NCBI RefSeq assembly: GCF_000354175.2
Contig: NC_022359.1
Location: 1,230,001-1,262,000 of the forward strand
Source: Vibrio alginolyticus NBRC 15630 = ATCC 17749
Lineage (GTDB): Bacteria; Pseudomonadota; Gammaproteobacteria; Enterobacterales; Vibrionaceae
Length of the DNA stretch: 32,000 nucleotides
Reading direction: 5' to 3'
Part shown: piece after piece, positions 18,828 to 27,288 of the stretch
Numbering within the stretch: position 1 is the first letter of the stretch
How the letters are laid out: every line of letters starts with the position of its first letter
Translations under genes and position numbers: made by a program
Notes under the pieces: model-generated
Told to the model about the DNA's origin: nothing
The model's input: the letters and a program-made list of their open reading frames with translations, nothing else
The model's database searches: none

Positions 18828-18969
18828 TTGTTGGTAAATTTTTTAAAAGACTCAGAAAAACTGTTTTAAAAACTGACGTTAACAAACGAGCCTTTGCCGC
18901 TGTCCTATAGCCTAGCTCACAAATTGGTTTGTTGCGTGTTCGGGTGATTTACGTCAATTTTTAAGTTTT

Positions 18970-18985
18970 GCTGAATCCTTTCAGC
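18970..18985. promoter_or_regulatory. Cra/FruR operator
   Basis: GCTGAATCCTTTCAGC has palindromic GCTGAA/TTCAGC half-sites. Confidence 0.75.
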
Positions 18986-18991
18986 TTTTAT

Positions 18992-19007
18992 ACTGAATCG
19001 GTTCAGC
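18992..19007. promoter_or_regulatory. Cra/FruR operator, fruR-proximal
   Basis: ACTGAATCGGTTCAGC lies 6 nt from the previous box and about 70 nt upstream of the fruR ATG. Confidence 0.75.
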
Positions 19008-19077
19008 TTATAATTCAACTTATCGAAAGATCGTTGATGTATTAATATGATCGCGCGCACAGAATAAGGTTTAGAAT

Positions 19078-20058
19078 ATGACACTGGATGAAATAGCCAA
19101 ATTAGCGGGTGTTTCTAAGACAACTGCAAGCTATGTGATTAACGGAAAAGCGCAGAAATACCGCATCAGCGAGAAGACTCAGAAAAAGGTGATGGCCGTT
19201 GTAGATGAGTACAATTATAAGCCAGATCATGCGGCGTCTTCCTTGCGGGCAGGTAATTCACGCTCATTTGGGCTTATCATCCCAGACTTGGAGAACACCA
19301 GTTACGCACGCCTTGCAAAACTGATTGAACAAAACTCGCGTAAGGCGGGTTATCAAATTCTAATTGGCTGCTCAGATGATGATCCGGAAACGGAGAAAAA
19401 GGTTGCTGAAGCGCTAATCAGTCGCCGAATTGACGCGCTATTTGTCGCAAGTGGTATGCCATCGGCTAATGAGTATTATCTCAAGTTACAAAACTCGGGC
19501 ACTCCGGTTATAGCACTTGACCGTCCAATGGATGATGAGCATTTTTGTTGCGTTATCAGTGAAGATTTTGATGCTGCTTTTGAGCTTACAGAATCGGTAC
19601 TGTCACCAGAGATCAAAACCATTGGTTTGATTGGTGCGTTGCAAGATCTGCAAGTGTCGAAAGAGCGCGAACTGGGTTTTCTATCTGCTTCTCAACAAGG
19701 TGGTAAAACGGCAACAGTGGGTTATGGACAACACTTCTCCCGGGAAGAAGGCAAGAAAGTCTTAGAGAGATGGTTAACAGAGAACGCATTGCCAGATGCC
19801 ATTGTTACAACGTCATATACACTGTTAGAAGGTGTGTTGGATGTAATGCTAGAAAAACCAGAACTGATGGGAAAGGTGCGTTTAGCAACATTTGGTGATA
19901 ATCGACTGCTGGACTTCTTGCCTGTGAAAATCAACTCTTTGCCTCAACAGTTTGAGTTGATCGCGGACAGCGCAATGGAGTTAGCACTCAACGCTTCCGC
20001 TAAGCGTTACAAGCCTGGCGTAGAACTTATCCCGCGTAAAATTGTGAAACGTCACTAA
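19078..20058 (+). CDS. fruR: Catabolite repressor/activator, fructose repressor (LacI/GalR family)
   Basis: 326 aa. The N-terminus MTLDEIAKLAGVSKTTASYVINGKAQKYRISEKT...IIPDLENTSYARLAK closely parallels E. coli Cra as I recall it. The gene is divergent from fruBKA. Confidence 0.93.
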   Translation: MTLDEIAKLAGVSKTTASYVINGKAQKYRISEKTQKKVMAVVDEYNYKPDHAASSLRAGNSRSFGLIIPDLENTSYARLAKLIEQNSRKAGYQILIGCSDDDPETEKKVAEALISRRIDALFVASGMPSANEYYLKLQNSGTPVIALDRPMDDEHFCCVISEDFDAAFELTESVLSPEIKTIGLIGALQDLQVSKERELGFLSASQQGGKTATVGYGQHFSREEGKKVLERWLTENALPDAIVTTSYTLLEGVLDVMLEKPELMGKVRLATFGDNRLLDFLPVKINSLPQQFELIADSAMELALNASAKRYKPGVELIPRKIVKRH

Positions 20059-20075
20059 GTCACTAAATAGGTTGC

Positions 20076-21050
20076 TCAAAGCTTTACTTCAGCCGTCAGC
20101 GCCACAAATGCGTGGTCGCTGGCGTTTTTATCTCTGTCATAAATCGGGTTGATCAGATGTTGGTTAGACACCTGATAGTCAACAACCTCGGCAACCGATA
20201 TATCTGATAAGGTGTCAAACTCTTGTGAGAGCAAGATATAGTCGAGTACGTTCCCAGTGGAAAAATGATAATGCGTGGCGGGGCGTTCATCCTTCTGAGC
20301 GTCACTTTGCAATATCCAACCATCTTTGAGTTGTAATTCAGTGACACTGTCACCAGTGTTGGATACCAATGCGCTATTAACACTGATAGGAGTGATAGGT
20401 TGATTCATATCGCCCATTAACACTGTCGGCATTGGTTCTTTTCGATACCTCTTTTGCATCGCGTCTCTTAACATCGCTGCTTCCCAGCCTCTTTGCTGGG
20501 TGGATAACCAGCGCCCAATAATCGTGCTAGACGTTTCTGGTTGTTCTGAGTCGGCCGGGCGTTGAGATTTCAGGTGCGTTACGTAAACGGCGATATGACC
20601 AAGTACAGGATGTATTACTTGGGCATAGATAGGTTTGCGACTGAACTCTGGAGCAACACTTACTCCAAAAGGCTCAAGCGTTGCTAAGTCAAACTCTACC
20701 GCTTGTACTTTTTCTATTGGAAACCGAGAGGCGATTGCCACAACAGGGCTTGAGTAAATGTACTCATCCTCAACATGTGGGGTGTCAACGGTCGCAAAGT
20801 AGGGGTAGCCGATGGTTGAAAAAAATTCCTGGGTCTTCTCGATACTGAACACTTCTTGTAAGCCAATCACGTCGCCTTCCAGTTTTTCAACTTGACGTTG
20901 CGTCCACGAAAGTTTGTCTTGCCATTGCTCTAACGAGTATATGTTCTCGAAATCATAGTAGGCGTTAGGCGGTGCGACAAAATTAAACAAGTTCGCAGTG
21001 ACAAAGGTAATTCTACTTGGTTGAGACAAAGTATTCGCTCTTTTCAACAA
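20076..21050 (-). CDS. Endonuclease/exonuclease/phosphatase (EEP) family protein
   Basis: 324 aa with EEP motifs in order: TANLFNF, GLQEV, GDMN, LDYIL, SDHAF. There is no in-frame ATG near the N-terminus. The start is TTG at 21050 or an alternative TTG about 21 nt downstream, so the exact start is uncertain. Confidence 0.8.
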   Translation of the reverse strand: MLKRANTLSQPSRITFVTANLFNFVAPPNAYYDFENIYSLEQWQDKLSWTQRQVEKLEGDVIGLQEVFSIEKTQEFFSTIGYPYFATVDTPHVEDEYIYSSPVVAIASRFPIEKVQAVEFDLATLEPFGVSVAPEFSRKPIYAQVIHPVLGHIAVYVTHLKSQRPADSEQPETSSTIIGRWLSTQQRGWEAAMLRDAMQKRYRKEPMPTVLMGDMNQPITPISVNSALVSNTGDSVTELQLKDGWILQSDAQKDERPATHYHFSTGNVLDYILLSQEFDTLSDISVAEVVDYQVSNQHLINPIYDRDKNASDHAFVALTAEVKL

Positions 21051-21255
21051 TAACTTAGAGAGTATATACCTTCAGGTTGCGTAATTGCAGCTTCGTTTGA
21101 GCTACGCATCGGTATACAAGCTAACGAGCGACAAGTTAAATGGGTTAAGAGGTGCTCAAATGCCAAGGCGAATCGGTGATTGAACATCGCCAGAGGTTTC
21201 TATTTTTAAGCATTGCGTTTAAACTTCAGGGCATCAAATAGTAAGAGTAAGTAAC

Positions 21256-21789
21256 ATGACCCAAGATTACGACCACGAAGAGTATTTAGAAGGCGAAGAG
21301 ATTGAGATCGAAGCGATTGGCATCGATGTTGATGCGCATCCAATCGAACTGTACAAGCTTTTTAAGATCGCAAACTTGGTCAGCGGTGGCGGCGAAGCAA
21401 AACATATCATCGAGGAAGGCTACGTCGCGGTGAATGGTGAACTAGAAACACGTAAGCGCCGCAAGATGTATGATGGTGACTTTTTTGAGTTTAACCAGGA
21501 ATATTATGTTGTGGTTTGCGATGCGCCAGTAACCGAACCTGAAACGGCAGAGCAAAAAGCAGAAAAGAAAGCGAAAAAAGAAGCGCAGTCTTCTCGTAAA
21601 GATAAGTCTCGTCAAAGTAAGTCACCTAAAGCTTCTGGGCCTAAATCAACAGGCCGTAAAGCGGCACATAAAGAGCGTAAAGCGCAGAAAGAAGCGTTGT
21701 CTCAGTCTGCTAAGAAAGGCAAAAAAGAAGACAAACCGCAAGCGACTCGTGATCCGAAGAGCGGACGTAATTCTATTGATTTTTTCTAG
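21256..21789 (+). CDS. YbcJ-like S4 RNA-binding domain protein with acidic N-terminus and lysine-rich C-terminal tail
   Basis: 177 aa. The core HPIELYKLFKIANLVSGGGEAKHIIEEGYVAVNGELETRKRRKMYDGDFFEF resembles E. coli YbcJ (S4_2 type). Residues from about 95 to 177 are low-complexity and rich in K, A, E, S and Q. Confidence 0.8.
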   Translation: MTQDYDHEEYLEGEEIEIEAIGIDVDAHPIELYKLFKIANLVSGGGEAKHIIEEGYVAVNGELETRKRRKMYDGDFFEFNQEYYVVVCDAPVTEPETAEQKAEKKAKKEAQSSRKDKSRQSKSPKASGPKSTGRKAAHKERKAQKEALSQSAKKGKKEDKPQATRDPKSGRNSIDFF

Positions 21790-21833
21790 GGAAATGAACG
21801 CTTAACTAAATAAGTGACATCTGAGTAAAACTA

Positions 21834-21868
21834 AAAAGCGCCGAGCATATTATATCGGCGCTTTTTTG
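21834..21868. terminator. Bidirectional rho-independent terminator between the S4 gene and the EAL gene
   Basis: AAAAGCGCCGA pairs with TCGGCGCTTTT with a 10-nt loop. T-runs follow the stem on both strands. Confidence 0.8.
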
Positions 21869-21895
21869 GTTTCACTGTGCTGTAAGTGGGCAGTG

Positions 21896-22714
21896 TTAAT
21901 GCACTGTCGTCTCGATGTTTAGGCTATCTGTCCAGTGATGAATGGCGCAAGGCTTTCCTAAGTAAAAGCCTTGGTAATAATCCAAATTAAGTTGATACAT
22001 AGCTTGTAGCTGCACGTCTTCTTCAACCCCTTCTATAATGACTTTTGCTCCCATATGATCCGCTAGATCAACGGCGCTATGTATGGAAAAGGTTTCTCCG
22101 GCGCAGTAGTCTAGCAAATAGGAACGATCGATTTTGATGATGTCAGGGCAGAGCTGCTGAACACGTGCGATATCAGAATGTTGGGCGCCAAAATCATCGA
22201 TAGCAAAGATAAAACCATTTGCTTTCATTAACTGTACGGCTTTGATTAATAAATCCGTATCTCCGCATGACTCTTCGACTACTTCAAAAACTACGTCTGA
22301 TGGGCTCATACCAAGTTCGGAAAGGCGTTTGTAAAGCAGGCCGTTATCTTTAAAGCCCATGTCTTTGGTTAGTGTGAGTAGCGTTTGAGGCATGACGTTA
22401 AGAAACAGTTTGATCGGCGTCCCTGCGAAATAGCGTGCGAAATTTCGAATGTGCATTGCTCTAGATAAAAACTCTACACATAAGCGAAAGTAGGGATCAA
22501 GACCATTATTGGCCAGAAACACGTCAGGACGAATTAGGGAACCATCAATGCCACGAATACGCAGTAAGGCTTCCATACCAATAATACGTTGGCGTCTATC
22601 AAAAATTGGCTGATAAACACTGTGAAAAGTGAATTGATTGAGAACTACGTAATATTCACCAAGATTATCTTGTTTTATGTATCGCTCGTAGTCGGATTGA
22701 TTCTTTAACTCCAT
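21896..22714 (-). CDS. Stand-alone EAL-domain protein (putative c-di-GMP phosphodiesterase)
   Basis: 272 aa with all the EAL catalytic signatures I know, in order: MEALLR, LFLNV, EVVEES, DDFGAQHS, KIDRS, EGVEE, QGFYLGKP. No sensor, TM or GGDEF domain. No obvious Shine-Dalgarno sequence. Confidence 0.88.
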   Translation of the reverse strand: MELKNQSDYERYIKQDNLGEYYVVLNQFTFHSVYQPIFDRRQRIIGMEALLRIRGIDGSLIRPDVFLANNGLDPYFRLCVEFLSRAMHIRNFARYFAGTPIKLFLNVMPQTLLTLTKDMGFKDNGLLYKRLSELGMSPSDVVFEVVEESCGDTDLLIKAVQLMKANGFIFAIDDFGAQHSDIARVQQLCPDIIKIDRSYLLDYCAGETFSIHSAVDLADHMGAKVIIEGVEEDVQLQAMYQLNLDYYQGFYLGKPCAIHHWTDSLNIETTVH

Positions 22715-22806
22715 GAAAAACGCCGAAAATTTAGCATCTTGCCAATGTAACAGGGTGCAATTCTGATTTGAAGAATCAAATGTGCCTAATTACATATGCG
22801 GTCGAG

Positions 22807-23727
22807 TTAATTTGAAATGGCTTCCGATTTTGCTTCAATATGGCGGAAAATAAGTGACAGACCAAAACAGATTAAGAAGTAAGCAAGGCCGACAATCAAC
22901 CAAATTTCAAATATATACCCTGATGAATTTGCCATCTCTGTCCCAACAAACGTCATTTCTTGTATCGAAATCAGTGAAACAATAGAGGTGTCTTTCACCA
23001 AAGAGATGGTTTGACCGGCAAGTGCAGGTGTTATTGATTTAAGCACCTGTGGCGCGATAACAAATCGGTATTTCACCCATCGAGACAAGCCCAATGAGTC
23101 AGCCGCTTCCCACTGACCTTGGTCGATACTTTGTAAACCACCGCGCACAACTTCTGCAATGTAGGCAGAAGAGAGTAAGCCGACGCATAACACGCCAGAG
23201 GCAAGGTTTTCCCAAAGGTTAGAAGGCCCAAACAGAAAGCGCTGTAGCGCATTTGGTTCGCCGTTGTAGTTTCGTAGAAGATCTTCCAAACCGAGCAACG
23301 GGATCAATTGGTTAGAAATGAAAAAGTAGAAAATAAAAACAAACACCAACGGAGGGATGTTTCTCACTAACTGGATAAACGCATTGGCAGGTGTGCGCAA
23401 CCAAACGGAACGAGAGAAGCGTGCTAAGCCTAACAAAGTGCCAAACACTAATGCGAAGCTGATGCCCCAAATACTGAGCCTTAACGTCGAAATCAAACCT
23501 TGGAAGAAGTAGGGCAAACCACCATCTGCTCTAGGCGTGAAAAGTAATTCAAGCGCCTCTTTCCACTGCCACAAATAATGCACACCAACAGCGGACCGAT
23601 GGTACAGCCAAACACCACCGATACCGCACATAACAAGTAGTACCCAGTCTAGTGTGTTTAATTGTGGTAAAAGGTAGCCTGTGCTGGATTTCGCGGGTGC
23701 TGTGCGAGTGGTAGTGTGTTCGCCCAA
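22807..23727 (-). CDS. Polar amino-acid ABC transporter permease (second permease)
   Basis: 306 aa, polytopic, with the EAA-loop EAADSLGLSRWVKYRFVIAPQ. TTG start with a GGAG 8 nt upstream. Confidence 0.88.
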   Translation of the reverse strand: MGEHTTTRTAPAKSSTGYLLPQLNTLDWVLLVMCGIGGVWLYHRSAVGVHYLWQWKEALELLFTPRADGGLPYFFQGLISTLRLSIWGISFALVFGTLLGLARFSRSVWLRTPANAFIQLVRNIPPLVFVFIFYFFISNQLIPLLGLEDLLRNYNGEPNALQRFLFGPSNLWENLASGVLCVGLLSSAYIAEVVRGGLQSIDQGQWEAADSLGLSRWVKYRFVIAPQVLKSITPALAGQTISLVKDTSIVSLISIQEMTFVGTEMANSSGYIFEIWLIVGLAYFLICFGLSLIFRHIEAKSEAISN

Positions 23728-23808
23728 AAATTTGACTCCGATAAGTTATGGAAAAGTAAAATGGATGATTGGAGAGTATAGGCTCGCGGCGTCCACGAGC
23801 CATTTAGA

Positions 23809-24627
23809 TTACTGGCCTTGCGCGACTTGATCTTGCCAATCTAATGTCGAGAACCAGTATTCATAACGTTGTTTTAACCATCCATCTTGGGTTCTTGCTT
23901 CAATCCATTTATTGAAAAAGGCCTTTTTATCTTCTTCCCCCAAGCGAACTGCAAAGGCTTCGTTGCCTTGTGATAGTCGCTCAGAGAATGGAAGGAATAG
24001 TTTGTCGCTGTGTTTCACTGTCTCATGTTCTGGTTTTGGGCTAGAAGCAATGACCGCGTGGGCGTTACCATTCAGCACCTCTTGGAACGCTTGCACGTCG
24101 TCATCAAATTGCAGGATCTTCGCTTTCGGGAAGGTTTCTCTGGCTACTTGAACGGTGAATGCGCCGCGACGAGCCGCAATTTTTACGCGTCGTGAGTCAA
24201 AATCCGAAAATTCGCTAAAACCAGAGGCGAGTTCTTTGTTTGCTGCTACTTGAACGCCTGAGTGCGAGTAGGCCTCAGTAAACAACACGCTTTTGGAACG
24301 TTCAGGCGTAACCGACATGCCACCGATGATCACGTCGAACTTTTTCGCCAGTAGTGCGGGAATAATGCCATCCCACGCAGTTGGTACGAATTCCACTTTC
24401 AAACCTGAATCTTGTGCTAAGCGTTTGGCAACATCGATTTCAAAACCGATTAACTCACCTTGCTTGTTACGCATTGCCCAAGGTACAAATGTTGACATAC
24501 CAACGCGCAAAGTGCCTCGTTCTTTGATTTGATCTACATTGGGTGTGGCGACATCTTCTTTCGCGATTGTAGGCATAGCGATGGCTAGCCCTAATAATGC
24601 AGTAATGGTCGCTTTGAATAACTTCAT
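23809..24627 (-). CDS. Periplasmic amino-acid-binding protein (SBP family 3)
   Basis: 272 aa with a signal peptide (MKLFKATITALLGLAIAMPTIA) and an SBP_bac_3-type sequence (LRVGMSTFVPWAMRN...FEIDVAKRLA...WDGIIPALLAKKFDVIIGGMS). Confidence 0.9.
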   Translation of the reverse strand: MKLFKATITALLGLAIAMPTIAKEDVATPNVDQIKERGTLRVGMSTFVPWAMRNKQGELIGFEIDVAKRLAQDSGLKVEFVPTAWDGIIPALLAKKFDVIIGGMSVTPERSKSVLFTEAYSHSGVQVAANKELASGFSEFSDFDSRRVKIAARRGAFTVQVARETFPKAKILQFDDDVQAFQEVLNGNAHAVIASSPKPEHETVKHSDKLFLPFSERLSQGNEAFAVRLGEEDKKAFFNKWIEARTQDGWLKQRYEYWFSTLDWQDQVAQGQ

Positions 24628-24636
24628 GTTATCTCC

Positions 24637-25434
24637 TTATAATTTGCGCCAACTGGCTCCGAGTTTGTGTTCTAGCCATGCAGACAAGCCAGAAAGTGAC
24701 AGAGTGAGAGCAAGATAAATTGCTGCCACGGTAAACCAAATTTCGAACGGCATCGCCGTCTCTGAGACGATGTTGCGTGCCTGTGTTGTTAGATCAAAAA
24801 TCGCCATCACGCTTACAATGGAAGAGTTTTTGATCAAAGAAACCACTTCATTGGTTAATGGCGGTAATGTGCGCTGTAAAACCTGAGGCAAAATTACGTC
24901 TTTGTAGGTGTAAAACGGTGATAGCCCGAGAGTTTGTGCTGCTTCGAATTGCCCTTTAGGAATACTGTTTAAACCTGCACGGAATATTTCCGCGGTGTAG
25001 GCACCTTGGAAAAGGGATAATGCCAAAACGGCGGTGCTGAATCGGTCCAAACCAATCACGGGGCCAAACACGAAGTAGAGTAAATAGATTTGCACCAACA
25101 ACGGCGTGTTACGTATTACTTCGACATAAGTGGTACCAATAACATTGCCGACTTTCGAATCGCTAAGCCTTAGTAACGCGGTAACCAACCCTAATACTAA
25201 GGTAAAAAATAGACTAATTGCCGAGATGTTAAGCGTGACCAATAGCCCATCAATAAGTTCTGCCGGCCACCATTCTCCATCTTCATAAAAAGCGATGTAA
25301 TCAGGTACGCGCTCCCATTGCCATTGATAGCCCATAGCGTCGGCACCAGAGTCCAACACCCACACAATCGCTATGAAGAGGAGCGTCATTTGCAGTAAAG
25401 CTTGAAGGACAGGTTTGATTACGCGAACTATCAT
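24637..25434 (-). CDS. Polar amino-acid ABC transporter permease (first permease)
   Basis: 265 aa, polytopic, with the EAA-loop EAAQTLGLSPFYTYKDVILPQ. Its ATG overlaps the ATPase stop (TGATG). Confidence 0.9.
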   Translation of the reverse strand: MIVRVIKPVLQALLQMTLLFIAIVWVLDSGADAMGYQWQWERVPDYIAFYEDGEWWPAELIDGLLVTLNISAISLFFTLVLGLVTALLRLSDSKVGNVIGTTYVEVIRNTPLLVQIYLLYFVFGPVIGLDRFSTAVLALSLFQGAYTAEIFRAGLNSIPKGQFEAAQTLGLSPFYTYKDVILPQVLQRTLPPLTNEVVSLIKNSSIVSVMAIFDLTTQARNIVSETAMPFEIWFTVAAIYLALTLSLSGLSAWLEHKLGASWRKL

Positions 25435-26168
25435 CAGTAACTTAAAATTTGGTTCAAAAATGCTTGGGTGCGTGGATGCTGTGGTGTCTCAAATAAGGCG
25501 ACTGGAGAGTTCATTTCCACGATTTGGCCTTCATCCATAAATACCACGCGGTTCGCTACTTTTTTGGCAAATCCCATTTCATGCGTGACGCAAATCATCG
25601 TCATTCCGCTTTGAGCCAGCTCAACCATGACATCCAACACTTCGTTGATCATTTCCGGATCAAGCGCTGAAGTTGGCTCGTCAAACAGGAGTAAATCCGG
25701 TTCCATACACAAGGAGCGGGCAATCGCGACGCGTTGCTGCTGACCGCCAGAAAGCTGGATAGGATACTTACTCGCTTGCTCTTCAATATTGACTCGCTTT
25801 AGGTAATGTCTTGCGCGTTTTTCAGCTTCTTGTTTTGATAATTTGTGTGTGCGAATCGGCGCTAAGGTGAGGTTTTCCAGTACAGTCAAATGAGGAAAAA
25901 GGTGAAAGTGTTGGAACACCATGCCGATTTTACCGGGCTTGAGAGATTTTGCGTGAGAAGGCTGGTCGAACACATGAAGCTGGCCTTCTTGAATCGATTC
26001 AAGATGATTGATGCAACGAATGAGCGTTGATTTTCCGGAACCTGAAGGGCCACACACCACGACGATCTCGCCAGAATGCACGGAGAAGTTGATGTCTTTT
26101 AGAGCGTGGTAATCGCCATACCACTTATTTACGTCGCTAAACTCAACGACGGGAGTATTCTCTTTCAA
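25434..26168 (-). CDS. Amino-acid ABC transporter ATP-binding protein
   Basis: 244 aa with Walker [10 protein letters not shown], signature LSGGQQQRV, Walker [13 protein letters not shown] and H-loop VTHEM. The only available start is TTG at 26168. Confidence 0.92.
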   Translation of the reverse strand: MKENTPVVEFSDVNKWYGDYHALKDINFSVHSGEIVVVCGPSGSGKSTLIRCINHLESIQEGQLHVFDQPSHAKSLKPGKIGMVFQHFHLFPHLTVLENLTLAPIRTHKLSKQEAEKRARHYLKRVNIEEQASKYPIQLSGGQQQRVAIARSLCMEPDLLLFDEPTSALDPEMINEVLDVMVELAQSGMTMICVTHEMGFAKKVANRVVFMDEGQIVEMNSPVALFETPQHPRTQAFLNQILSY

Positions 26169-26337
26169 AGGGGCACGCTATAACGGAAAAATATCCTTTT
26201 ACAATAGCAAGTTGTGCGCGTAATTTCATTAAGAATAAGCTAATGTTTAGGCGATGATTTTAAGACTCTATTCAGATCGCTTACAAGATACATCCATGTT
26301 TCTTTAATGTTGGTGCAGTCTAGAGTCTAGAGTATGA

Positions 26338-26994
26338 CTAACTCAGTTCAACGAGATACGGATAACGAACAACAATCGCAACAACAGACATAACCATTAG
26401 TGTCTGTGCAGAATAGTAGGTCACCATGACAACTTGTCGTGAAAATATTGACCGTCCTCCAAAGCGTTCGAAAGCCAATACGATGCCAGAGATAATAAAG
26501 ATAAAGCTTCCGAGCACTGCAAAAGAGGAGGATTGTGTTTTCCCACTCAAATAATACTCGATCGAAGCCCAGCACATAGTCATCAGTACCAATATATAAC
26601 TAGCAACTGGCCGTTTTTCTTTACCGAGATCCGGTCGGAACAACCAGTAGACGCATATACCGAGTCCGAACAAGGCAATTGGGAGCCAAGGTGTAAAATG
26701 CCACGCTGACATGATGGCAAAACCATAACTATAGGAGAGATGGGCAGAGCAAAAGAGCACTAATCCTGTAATGAACTTGTCTCTAGGGAGCATTAATAAC
26801 ACGTCACCAAGCAACGAGAGCGATAAGCCAATCAAAATCCAATGCGCATATGGCATTGGGTAAGCCGGGGACTGAATTAAAATACCAAGCATACAGAGCA
26901 CTGGTAATGGTTTAGAAACGTAAAAGAGCCATTTAGAGCCTTTACGGATACTGATGATATGTATGAATGCTAATACGACAACAACTAGCCACAT
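26338..26994 (-). CDS. YhhN-family (lysoplasmalogenase-like) integral membrane protein
   Basis: About 218 aa and highly hydrophobic, with multiple TM segments. The motifs LSLSLLGDVLLML and FCSAHLSYSYGF resemble the YhhN/TMEM86 family as I recall it. The ORF track extends to TTG 27048. ATG 26994 (MWLVVVVLAF...) is the more plausible start. Confidence 0.7.
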   Translation of the reverse strand: MWLVVVVLAFIHIISIRKGSKWLFYVSKPLPVLCMLGILIQSPAYPMPYAHWILIGLSLSLLGDVLLMLPRDKFITGLVLFCSAHLSYSYGFAIMSAWHFTPWLPIALFGLGICVYWLFRPDLGKEKRPVASYILVLMTMCWASIEYYLSGKTQSSSFAVLGSFIFIISGIVLAFERFGGRSIFSRQVVMVTYYSAQTLMVMSVVAIVVRYPYLVELS

Positions 26995-27057
26995 AAAGTG
27001 TTTTCTCGAACAGACAAAATTATGTAGTACATCACTACAACAAATCAAAACTTAATT

Positions 27058-27073
27058 AACGAGTTAACTCGTT
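27058..27073. promoter_or_regulatory. Perfect 16-bp palindrome AACGAGTTAACTCGTT upstream of the YhhN-family gene
   Basis: Perfect inverted repeat about 65 nt upstream of ATG 26994, in the promoter region downstream of the yqhD-like terminator. Confidence 0.3.
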
Positions 27074-27213
27074 CTTTGATCTCAATTATTTTTATTTGTG
27101 TAAAGCTGGACAGTTGTCTCTTTACTAACCAACACGGCCGATTTTTTGTCTGGAGGGAATCGTTGTTTTTAGAAGCCTCCTCGTTTTGAACGTGATGTGG
27201 CTTACAAAATAGC

Positions 27214-27254
27214 ATAAAAAAACGGTATTGTGACTGTTAAGTCACAATACCGTT
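27214..27254 (-). terminator. Rho-independent terminator of the yqhD-like gene
   Basis: AACGGTATTGTGACT pairs with AGTCACAATACCGTT (15 bp, 4-nt loop). On the minus strand the stem is followed by TTTTTTTA. Confidence 0.8.
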
Positions 27255-27288
27255 AAACCCTAGGAAGGGCAGTGAAGAATTGTTGCAG

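Noticed and set aside
20059-20075. A 17-nt gap between convergent fruR and the EEP gene, with no terminator.
   Set aside because: I looked for a bidirectional hairpin. Only a weak imperfect stem (GCGCCAC...GTGGTCGC) lies inside the EEP coding end, which is not enough to annotate.
23549-23803. 84-aa minus-strand ORF spanning the gap between the binding-protein and permease genes.
   Set aside because: It is out of frame with, and largely overlaps, the permease N-terminus. The sequence is basic and low-complexity. The permease TTG start with a GGAG explains the region.
26318-26333. Direct repeat GTCTAGA-GTCTAGA just downstream of the YhhN-family stop codon.
   Set aside because: Only two 7-nt units, each containing the self-complementary TCTAGA. 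It is too short to call a repeat element or a terminator.
26995-27048. TTG-initiated extension (MICCSDVLHNFVCSRKHF) of the YhhN-family ORF.
   Set aside because: It looks like non-coding read-through of the longest-ORF rule. ATG 26994 starts directly at the first TM helix. The choice is not proven.
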